Below the pieces are notes generated by a model that made no database searches, was not told the DNA's origin, and saw only the letters and a list, made by a program, of their open reading frames with translations. A stretch of 39,991 bases of DNA. Origin: Desulfuromonadaceae bacterium. Its GTDB lineage: Bacteria > Desulfobacterota > Desulfuromonadia > Desulfuromonadales > Geopsychrobacteraceae. This document shows, piece by piece, positions 9,916 to 17,727 of this stretch (position 1 is its first letter; each line of letters starts with the position of its first letter). The position numbers and the translations under genes are program-made. The DNA lies in NCBI GenBank assembly GCA_016744555.1, contig JADGED010000001.1, positions 8,265-48,255 of the forward strand. The letters are read 5' to 3'.

Positions 9916-10518
9916 TTAATAATCATCGGTCTCTGCAGCAAGAACCTTCCACTCACCTAACGGCAAAACCGTACGTCCACAATACTGATTGTAACTCTGT
10001 GCAATAACCATGTAAGCAGCCACTAAAGATGCAAACAAACCACTACCGCTACCTAGCCATAAAAACACTCGGTCATCGCGCAAATAATCCATAGCCAACG
10101 CTAAGAAAAAAAACATCATAAAACCATAAAGGGTTTGAATCGCAACGCTTTGTCGAAAGCTAGCTAAAAACAAGATTGCGACAAACAATCCCCACAAACT
10201 CATAAACGAAAACATCGTGATTGCGTCTGGATGTTTGCCCATCCCCATTTGCGGGGTAATTTCATAACTGATAAGGGACAGCCACAAAATACCAAGTGGC
10301 AACAATGTTGCGGCAGCGTACGAGCGACCTTGCTGCTGACTGCGAATACCGGTAAGTAATTGAATTGTCCCACCACCAAGGAGAATACCGCCGGTCAAAA
10401 AAACCGGTGGTCTAACTAGTTCAATTTGACTAAAGACGTAGATTGCCAATGTTACCGCTAATGCTAGCAACCCTATAGTTGGTAATCCATCTTGCTTTGG
10501 TTGAACTATGGTGGTCAT
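9916..10518 (-). CDS. SatP/YaaH (GPR1/FUN34/YaaH) family acetate uptake transporter, divergent
   Basis: About six TM; GGTIQLLTG, LWGLF and C-terminal NQYCGRTVLPLGE match the SatP family. ATG 10518 has a GGAG RBS. Confidence 0.8.
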   Translation of the reverse strand: MTTIVQPKQDGLPTIGLLALAVTLAIYVFSQIELVRPPVFLTGGILLGGGTIQLLTGIRSQQQGRSYAAATLLPLGILWLSLISYEITPQMGMGKHPDAITMFSFMSLWGLFVAILFLASFRQSVAIQTLYGFMMFFFLALAMDYLRDDRVFLWLGSGSGLFASLVAAYMVIAQSYNQYCGRTVLPLGEWKVLAAETDDY

Positions 10519-10544
10519 AATCGCTCCAGTGTAACTATGAAAAT

Positions 10545-10577
10545 AAAAAAGGTGCCCCATCAATTGATGGAGCACCT
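10545..10577 (-). terminator. Rho-independent terminator after the OFA transporter
   Basis: Minus strand reads AGGTGCTCCATCAATTGATGGGGCACCTTTTTT (hairpin plus U run). Confidence 0.75.
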
Positions 10578-10594
10578 CTCAAAACAACCGGTTA

Positions 10595-12295
10595 TTAATC
10601 TTTGGCGTTCTCTAGAACCAAATCTTCTTCTTCGGTGTAAACTTCTGCAGTCTCGGTAACTGTTGCAGGAGCTTTTTGCTTTCTTAAGCTTAGAGCCATC
10701 ATGGCGCCAACTAGGAGTAGTACACCAGCAACGATGAAGGATGATTCCATGCTACCAGTCTTAGCTGTCAACATTGCGGAAACCCGAACCATTACAAAGG
10801 CGCCAACACCCCAAGCTGAGAAGAGGATACCGTAGTTCATGCCGAAATGCTTCATTCCCCAGTGATCCTTAGCAAAAGATGGGAACAATGAAAGGTTGGT
10901 ACCGTAGTTGAAAACCATTGCAGTAACGATTGAGGCAACCACAAGTGGGCTACTACCTTCGCCAACTAGTACTGGGATAGCTGCAAACATTAAGCAAGCT
11001 TGGAAAGCCAACATGATACACAGGGTAGTACCGCGACCGATTTTGTCGGAAACGACACCAGCGATCAAGCGACCTGCAGCGTTACCAACAGACATGATAA
11101 CAACAACCAAGAAGGCCATCTCACCCATAGAGGCTTTAGCTAATCCTTTAGCGCTACCAATAACCATAAGGCCAGCACCGGAACCGATGAAGAAACAAAG
11201 CCATAAGGTGTAGAATTTAGCATCTTTAAATAATTGTGAAGGCGCTTTATCTTCAACAGCAGGAGCAGCGTTACCAGTACTTGCAGCAGCATTAGGATCA
11301 GCGACAAAACCTGCAGGTGGGTTAGAAATCAACATACCAAGGCTGGTTACAACTATAGCGAAAGCAATACCGAAGTACATCATTGACTGTTGTAGACCGA
11401 CAGTAGCGAGCAAGTATTTTGCTAGTGGTGCGATATAAACAGAAGCCAAACCAAAACCTGAGACAACGATTCCAGCGATCAGACCAGTCTTAGTTGGTGA
11501 GAACCACTTTAGAGCAGGTGGGGTGGCAGCAGAGTAACCGAAACCGATACCGGTACCAGCTAACATGCCGAAGCCAACAACCCAAGCCCAATAGTTAGTG
11601 GTTTGTGAAATCCAGATAAATCCAGCACCAACCAACAAACCGCCGATAGCACAAGTGACTTTAGGGCCAAATTTATCTTGGCACTTACCAGCCATAATCA
11701 TCGCCGCAGCAAAAGCTAAACAAGCAACTGCATAAGGGTCGTTTACACTAGCTGCGTCCCAAGTAAATGCGCCAGGTGCGCCAGAAGCAATTGAGTCAAC
11801 GATTGCGCCTTTAAAGATACTCCAAGTATAAAGGATTCCCAAAGCTAGGTTAATACCCAGTGCTGCTAGTAAAACTTGAATTCCGCGATTCTTGATTGTT
11901 TGTGGTTGCATCGTGGTTGTTTCCTCTCTCAATGTAGCGTTATAAGTTCCATTAAATGAATCATTACGAAGTGTTACCGATTTAAGTCTATGTGCTAAAG
12001 GCCATTTATTTCTAAATTTGATTTTAATTGGTGTACGTGCAGCATGGGGCTTCTGCGCAGCAACAACAGATTGTTTGGTTACCAACGGATCAGATTCATG
12101 TGAAAGCTCCAGCGAGCTCTCCTGCTGAATTTCTCTTCCCAATACCTCAGGGTGGCGCTCGGTCAACTCTTGAAACTTGTCGCACTCCTGATAACTGCAT
12201 GAACAGAAGTGGGACATAGCAACGACATCATAAGGTGAGATATAATCTTCACCGACGTCACAGTATTCCTGGTTATAATACGGGCAGATTGCCAT
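10595..12295 (-). CDS. OFA-family (oxalate/formate antiporter-like) MFS transporter with a 128-aa N-terminal extension containing a Cys-rich domain; second in-frame start at 11911
   Basis: LGILYTWSIF, GKCQDKFGP, GIGFGY, ALKWF, GNAAGRLIAGVVSDKIGR, GMNYGILFSAWG. RBS GAGGAGG before ATG 12295 and GAGAGGA before ATG 11911. Confidence 0.88.
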   Translation of the reverse strand: MAICPYYNQEYCDVGEDYISPYDVVAMSHFCSCSYQECDKFQELTERHPEVLGREIQQESSLELSHESDPLVTKQSVVAAQKPHAARTPIKIKFRNKWPLAHRLKSVTLRNDSFNGTYNATLREETTTMQPQTIKNRGIQVLLAALGINLALGILYTWSIFKGAIVDSIASGAPGAFTWDAASVNDPYAVACLAFAAAMIMAGKCQDKFGPKVTCAIGGLLVGAGFIWISQTTNYWAWVVGFGMLAGTGIGFGYSAATPPALKWFSPTKTGLIAGIVVSGFGLASVYIAPLAKYLLATVGLQQSMMYFGIAFAIVVTSLGMLISNPPAGFVADPNAAASTGNAAPAVEDKAPSQLFKDAKFYTLWLCFFIGSGAGLMVIGSAKGLAKASMGEMAFLVVVIMSVGNAAGRLIAGVVSDKIGRGTTLCIMLAFQACLMFAAIPVLVGEGSSPLVVASIVTAMVFNYGTNLSLFPSFAKDHWGMKHFGMNYGILFSAWGVGAFVMVRVSAMLTAKTGSMESSFIVAGVLLLVGAMMALSLRKQKAPATVTETAEVYTEEEDLVLENAKD

Positions 12296-12332
12296 GGTCT
12301 TTCCTCCTCAATTTGGTATTGCCATCACTAAG

Positions 12333-12349
12333 AGCAAACCACGTGCCAA
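12333..12349 (-). promoter_or_regulatory. Sigma-54 (-24/-12) promoter of the OFA gene
   Basis: Minus strand TTGGCACGTGGTTTGCT matches TGGCAC-N5-TTGCW exactly, 38 nt before ATG 12295. Confidence 0.88.
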
Positions 12350-12404
12350 CTATTTAAAAAAGAAATTTCTCCTTTATTTTCAGTCACTTTGACATCAATT
12401 CCAC

Positions 12405-12625
12405 GATTCTCAAAAATCGCAAAAAAATACCATTTTTCGCAATGGTGCAAAAGTTCAGATTCGTTACTAAGATCAATATGCAAAAACGCAAAACCAGTGT
12501 TCTACTCCTTAAGCACTGTAATCATTAAGGTTATCCTCAGACAGGCTCACCACTTCTGCAGTAAATGAACAAATGTTTGCAATTTTGAAATGGTCATTTT
12601 ATAAATTTGCAAAATTGCAAATTTC
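12405..12625. promoter_or_regulatory. Array of putative enhancer (UAS) sites, consensus TTGCA-N4-TGCAA
   Basis: TCGCAatggTGCAA (~12437), ATGCAaaaaCGCAA (~12478), TTGCAatttTGAAA (~12577) and the dyad AAATTTGCAA-AA-TTGCAAATTT (12603-12624), all upstream of the sigma-54 promoter. Confidence 0.65.
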
Positions 12626-12803
12626 ACGAGGATGCAATTAAATTGGATGGGCAAACGGCTCGAACAAAACAAGCCAGGAGAAATAGCGGGAACAATTACA
12701 CCGCAATAGAGACAATACTTAATTCACCTTTTGCTCTTGTTACCTATTTACGCTAGGCTATCCGCTAAAGGATTGTTGGCAGACGCTACACAAAGGAGAG
12801 CTT

Positions 12804-13388
12804 GTGAAAATTCTTGCGATTAATGGCAGCCGTAGAACAAAGGGGAATACCGAAACCCTAATCCAAGCGCTACTAGCACCATGCAACGCTGCAGGGGTAG
12901 AGACAGAATCAATTTTTATCGGCGATTACAACATTGGAGCCTGTACTGGCTGTGAAGGTTGTGCCAAATCTTGGCAATGCGTTATCAAGGATGATTATGC
13001 AAAAGTTATAAATAAAATAGATGCTGCAGATGGGATAATTCTCGCCTCGCCCACCTACTGGTATTCTGTAACTTCGGACATGAAGCGCTTAATTGATCGC
13101 AGCTATAGCCTCGTCCAATTTCCCGTCAGCCGAAAAAACTGGATTGGTAAATATCAAAATAGTGGAAAAGCCTGCATTACGGTTGGTATTTGTGAACAAT
13201 TTGAGATGGCGGCAATGGGTAATACTCTATCGCTACTGACCGATTTTTCTAAAGATATTGGATTTGAGGTAGTCGATTCAATTGCTGGCTTAGGTTTTTT
13301 TGCGGCAGGAAGCATCAACAATGACAGTGACATCCTAAGTAGAGCAGAAGCCGCGGGCCAATCACTACTTAAACACTTGAAACAATAG
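12804..13388 (+). CDS. Iron-sulfur flavoprotein (Isf) / multimeric flavodoxin family
   Basis: INGSRRTKGNT FMN loop, CTGCEGCAKSWQC (Cx2Cx2Cx5C), ASPTYW; GTG start with AAGGAG RBS. Confidence 0.88.
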   Translation: MKILAINGSRRTKGNTETLIQALLAPCNAAGVETESIFIGDYNIGACTGCEGCAKSWQCVIKDDYAKVINKIDAADGIILASPTYWYSVTSDMKRLIDRSYSLVQFPVSRKNWIGKYQNSGKACITVGICEQFEMAAMGNTLSLLTDFSKDIGFEVVDSIAGLGFFAAGSINNDSDILSRAEAAGQSLLKHLKQ

Positions 13389-13412
13389 TCTTCACTTATA
13401 AGGAGAAAACAT

Positions 13413-14012
13413 ATGTATGCAATCGCTGTAAATGGTAGCCCACGTAAAGGTGGCAATACCGAGATACTCTTACAACAAGCCCTTGCCCCGCTTGCCGATA
13501 ATGGCTGGGAAACTGAGTTAGTCCAGGTCGGTGGCACCCCTATTCGTGGCTGTTGCGCCTGCTACAAGTGCAAAGAACTTAAAAACAACCGCTGCGTTAT
13601 CGGCAATGATGGTTTTAATGAAGTTTACGCCAAACTGCTCAAGGCAGACGCCATGATCCTTGGCTCTCCAACCTATTTTGCTGCCGTTTCTGCCGATTTA
13701 AAAGCCCTACTAGAGCGTGCAGGAATGGTCGCCATCGCTAACGGCAACGCCTTTTCCGGTAAAATCGGTGCCGCCGTAGTCGCAGTTCGCAAAGGCGGAG
13801 CTACCCACGTCTTTGATAGCATCAACCACATGTACCAAATGTCCCGCATGATCGTGCCCGGTTCTACCTACTGGAATATGGGGCTTGGAAAAGCACAAGG
13901 AGAGGTAAACGAGGATGAAGAGGGATTAAACAACATGCTCCACCTCGGCAAAGTGATCAATTGGCTTGGCCGGTCAATTAAAAACAGCGACCTAGATTAT
14001 CCGCTGGGCTAA
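13413..14012 (+). CDS. Iron-sulfur flavoprotein (Isf) / multimeric flavodoxin family
   Basis: VNGSPRKGGNT, CACYKC...C cluster, GSPTYF, PGSTYWN; AAGGAG RBS. Confidence 0.9.
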   Translation: MYAIAVNGSPRKGGNTEILLQQALAPLADNGWETELVQVGGTPIRGCCACYKCKELKNNRCVIGNDGFNEVYAKLLKADAMILGSPTYFAAVSADLKALLERAGMVAIANGNAFSGKIGAAVVAVRKGGATHVFDSINHMYQMSRMIVPGSTYWNMGLGKAQGEVNEDEEGLNNMLHLGKVINWLGRSIKNSDLDYPLG

Positions 14013-14030
14013 AAATATCTACTAGCAGAA

Positions 14031-14065
14031 CTGGCGAGGCCACCAGTAACAGGAGGTCTCGCCAG
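14031..14065. terminator. GC-rich hairpin after the second Isf gene
   Basis: CTGGCGAGGCC...GGTCTCGCCAG; no clear U tail. Confidence 0.45.
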
Positions 14066-14207
14066 GCTATTGCAACTAACGATAGTCTATTTCTCAATCT
14101 AACAATCAAACCATTTATAACAGTACCAGCTTGGTAATTTTGGCAGCCTATGCAAAAAGCACTGCTTCCCATTTGGGTGCACAATAGCCAGCTTAAACCT
14201 TAACAAG

Positions 14208-16946
14208 TTACTTTGCTACGCCATCCAAAACTTGCCGAATAGTTCGCAGCAATTCTGGTAAATCAAGTGGCTTCATACAAAAAGCACTAATTCCAGCCGC
14301 TTTTGCAATATTTTCATCCATCTTGCTACTAAATCCAGTACATATAATTGTCGGTAGATCCGGGCTAACGAGTTTAACTTTATCAATCAACTCCTGTCCA
14401 CTTAGCCCTGGCATTGTTTGATCAGTTATCAATAGATCAAACCTATTGCTATTGGCACTAAAAAGCTTGAATGCTTCTTGGCTATCTGTCATTGCTTTAA
14501 CTTGATAACCATTGGCAGTTAGAAGCTGTTCTCCGAGATTAGCTAGCATTGGATCATCATCAACAAAGAGGATTTTTTCCGCCCCTTTTGGCATATCTGT
14601 ATTGATCGGAGCATCCTCTATGGCAACATCATCAATAATGGGGAAATAGACACTAAACTCGGCCCCCTGCCCAGGAGCGCTATCAACCTTAATAACACCG
14701 TTGTGCTGTACGACAATTCCCTGCACGGTAGCCAACCCCATCCCCGCGCCTTCATGTTCTTCCTTGGTAGTAAAGAATGGGTCGAATACTTTACCCGCCA
14801 CAGCTTCGGTCATACCGCAACCATCGTCTTTAACGCTTAACTTTGCGTATTTACCTGGAGCTCCATTATACTGAGCAGGGATATCTGCTTGGCTGAGAGA
14901 AACTGGACCTAACGATATTAACAGTTCCCCTTTTTCATCCATTGCCTGAACTGCGTTATTACATAAATTTACTAAAATTTCTTGTATTTGCGAAGCGTCC
15001 GCATTAATAACACCAGCATCACAATCGGGGCTGATGGTTTTCTTTAAATTAATGGTAGCAGGCAGTGTAGAAAGTAATAAACCAATAGTTTCATCTATAA
15101 TATCCAATAGTTGCATTGGAGATTTATTCTGTTCTCCTTTGCGACTATAGGTAATAATTTGCTTAATAAGATCGCGGGAGCGATAAACCGCTGTTTTCGC
15201 ATTTTCCAACAGCTCTAAAACGTTTGAATCTTTGCTCCGAAACTGCGAAAGCTCAATATTACCAAGGATGATAGAGAGGTTATTATTGAAATTGTGTGCC
15301 ATCCCACCGGCCATATAACCAACGGCTTCCATTTTATGCTTTTGGCTTAACTGGGCCTCCATCATTCTAACGTCGCTAATATCTGTAGAAATTTGCAGTC
15401 GGACTAATTTATTATCCACCCATTCAATTGCCCGATCATGATTTATATAATACTTATCAGTAATTGGATTGTGACTACTCCAGACATGCACCCCTGTTGC
15501 TTGCCCATCATCATCAATCAACAATGGATTAGTACAATGGTCACAGGGATTCTCTTCGTTACGAAAAACCCGCCAGCAACACTTACCAGTTAGGTCCGCA
15601 CCAAAATCCTGGATCATGTTATTATTCATGAACAAAATTTCGTAGCTGTCCATATCTACGACATAAACATTTGCATCTATACTATTTAAGATAGTAATCA
15701 GCTTTTGCTGATAATCATTACTTTTTTGCTCGGCTTGCTTACGTTCGGTAATATCGGTAATAAAACCTATGTAATTAATAACATTTCCACCCTGATCGAA
15801 TTTAGCTGTTACCGTTAATTCAATCGGGACAACAATTCCATCCTTGCAGATATACTCTTTTTCATACGTAACGCTCCTATTATCAGGGCAAAGCTTGGCA
15901 AGGGACTCCTCTTCAGCAATTTTCCACTTTGCAGGGGTCAACACTTCATTCCAATTTATGTTCTGTAATTCTGCAACGGAATATTGAGTGAGATTTGAAA
16001 ATGCAGAATTGCAATTACTAAGTGTCCCATCGGGGTAGCCATAAGCGATTGCAATTGGTGCCTTCCGGACGATATCAGCCATTTCTGTTTCACGATTGGT
16101 AACACTTTTAAGCTTTGCTTCAACTTTCTTTCGTTCACCAATATCTATATGCAACCCGCTAAAGCGTAATGGAGATCCATCTTCACCACGTTCTGTTATT
16201 TCAGCTTGAGACAACACCCACAGCCAATCTCCATGTGCGGTTTTAAACCTGAACTCAACTGAAAATTCATCAATTTCCCCAGCTAAATATTTTTCTATAT
16301 CACCCTCAGTTAGTGCTATATCATCGGGGTGGACTCTTTTTTTCCATTCTTGAAAATTCTGCGGGAAGGCGTCTGTTTCGTAGCCTGCCATTTTAAAATA
16401 ATCCTCACTAAAAAAAACCGTGTCGTGCTCAATATCCCAATCCCAAAGCCCACACTTTGCAGCCTTTAACGCAAGAGAAAGCCGTTGTTCACTTATTTTT
16501 AGTGCTTCCATCCTTGATGTAACTTGAGCCTCTAGATTTTTATTTATACAACTAAGCTCTTCCGCTTGCTGTTTGTTCTCAAGGATAAGTGCAGCGATAT
16601 TTATGGTATTTTCTATGTGGGGGCGGTACGGGGCAAAAATATTTTCATCACTTACTTCGATACAAAAAAAACCAAAAGTGGAATTAGCCGTTTGCAATGA
16701 TATTTTTAATGAATCTTGACAATCAATTGAGCAATTGCAGTTTTTTAGTTGTTGCGACAACCCTTCCTTAACTCCGGCTTGGACGATACACTTTTCTTCA
16801 TCACACAAGGCGACAAAAGTAACCCCAGGCACAGCAATCACTGCCGAGCAAATTAACTCCCCAAGCTGCTTCTTACTCACTGCCGCATGCAGAGCACTCT
16901 GCAAGGAGAGAATCCGGCCTAAGACGGTAAGATCAATTGAAGTCAT
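14208..16946 (-). CDS. Cytoplasmic hybrid histidine kinase (small GAF-like N-terminus, 3 PAS, HisKA, HATPase, REC)
   Basis: PAS (GLWDWD...VHPDD), second PAS, third PAS with CCW...PCDHC; H-box GMAHNFNN, NLCNNA, DDGCG, FDPFFTTK, GAGMGL; REC (FVDDD, ITDQTMP, KP). No TM segment seen. Confidence 0.92.
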   Translation of the reverse strand: MTSIDLTVLGRILSLQSALHAAVSKKQLGELICSAVIAVPGVTFVALCDEEKCIVQAGVKEGLSQQLKNCNCSIDCQDSLKISLQTANSTFGFFCIEVSDENIFAPYRPHIENTINIAALILENKQQAEELSCINKNLEAQVTSRMEALKISEQRLSLALKAAKCGLWDWDIEHDTVFFSEDYFKMAGYETDAFPQNFQEWKKRVHPDDIALTEGDIEKYLAGEIDEFSVEFRFKTAHGDWLWVLSQAEITERGEDGSPLRFSGLHIDIGERKKVEAKLKSVTNRETEMADIVRKAPIAIAYGYPDGTLSNCNSAFSNLTQYSVAELQNINWNEVLTPAKWKIAEEESLAKLCPDNRSVTYEKEYICKDGIVVPIELTVTAKFDQGGNVINYIGFITDITERKQAEQKSNDYQQKLITILNSIDANVYVVDMDSYEILFMNNNMIQDFGADLTGKCCWRVFRNEENPCDHCTNPLLIDDDGQATGVHVWSSHNPITDKYYINHDRAIEWVDNKLVRLQISTDISDVRMMEAQLSQKHKMEAVGYMAGGMAHNFNNNLSIILGNIELSQFRSKDSNVLELLENAKTAVYRSRDLIKQIITYSRKGEQNKSPMQLLDIIDETIGLLLSTLPATINLKKTISPDCDAGVINADASQIQEILVNLCNNAVQAMDEKGELLISLGPVSLSQADIPAQYNGAPGKYAKLSVKDDGCGMTEAVAGKVFDPFFTTKEEHEGAGMGLATVQGIVVQHNGVIKVDSAPGQGAEFSVYFPIIDDVAIEDAPINTDMPKGAEKILFVDDDPMLANLGEQLLTANGYQVKAMTDSQEAFKLFSANSNRFDLLITDQTMPGLSGQELIDKVKLVSPDLPTIICTGFSSKMDENIAKAAGISAFCMKPLDLPELLRTIRQVLDGVAK

Positions 16947-17575
16947 TAGCGCTGTTCCCGTAATTTCTTCAAAAAAATCTCTGGCTCAATAAAATAAGGA
17001 TTTTGAACAATTTGACCATTTACGATCATAACAGGGTGAACGCTAAGAACGTCCATAATAGTTTCGCCGTCAAACTGACGGGCATCGTATTGTCAACAAG
17101 CGGTATACGGGTATTCTTTTAACAACCCTGTTAGCCTTGCCTCATACTCCATAAGGTCATAACGATTGGTGCGCCCCTCAGCAAGGCACCAACCCATTTC
17201 ACCGGTTCCACGCGCACCTTCATAGCCATCGCCAACAGATTTTAGATAAAAATCTCGAACAACACCTAGCATCTCTTCTGTTTTGAAAAAACCACTAGGG
17301 CAATAGGCTGGTGCCGCAGAGGCGAGGGTAAAGTCGGCAGGATTTGCATTACTAAGATCAAGGCCCAAATCATCCAAATGCGTGAGCATTTCACCAGTAG
17401 TCATAGAATCAACAAGGTAAAGAAGCTTCTCTTTTGCCTGTTGACCACTCTTTAAATATTTTGCCATGACATTCAGGCGTTCTTGATCGTCATTATAGAT
17501 ATAACAAATATGCTGACCTTCTGGAAATTTATGGTCAGACAAACCTGTTGATATCATCCTTTTTTGACCACTCAT
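16946..17575 (-). CDS. MEDS-domain sensory protein with in-frame TGA (codon 161, 17095-17093); candidate selenoprotein of 209 aa, or a pseudogene
   Basis: GQHICYIY, RGTGEMGW and LMEYEARL are MEDS motifs. After the TGA the frame reads QYDARQFDGETIMDVLSVHPVMIVNGQIVQNPYFIEPEIFLKKLREQR*, the normal MEDS C-terminus. Stop TAA overlaps the kinase ATG; AGGAG RBS precedes ATG 17575. Confidence 0.8.
17066..17083 (-). promoter_or_regulatory. Putative bacterial SECIS element
   Basis: mRNA: UGA-CAAUACGAUGC-CCGUCA-GUU-UGACGG. A 6-bp stem begins 11 nt after the UGA and the apical loop starts with GU. Confidence 0.6.
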
Positions 17576-17727
17576 GAACAGGCTCCTTTTCTCAATATAA
17601 GCCAAACGCATATTATACAGGGACTTAACTATAACACACGGCTAAAATTAGCCAACACAAATCTTCCTTCAATTTATCCCAAAAAAGGGAAAAACTAAAT
17701 ATAGGCAAGGAGGAAATAGCGATATAA

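Noticed and set aside
12645-12700. c-di-GMP-I (GEMM) riboswitch-like start GGGCAAAC
   Set aside because: No GAAA-capped P2, GACGCAAA or CUAA/AGC P3 elements follow.
17093-17611. ORF-track 172-aa MEDS protein ending at TAC*
   Set aside because: It cuts the domain at its conserved motif. The frame continues to 16946, and the RBS supports ATG 17575 rather than 17611.
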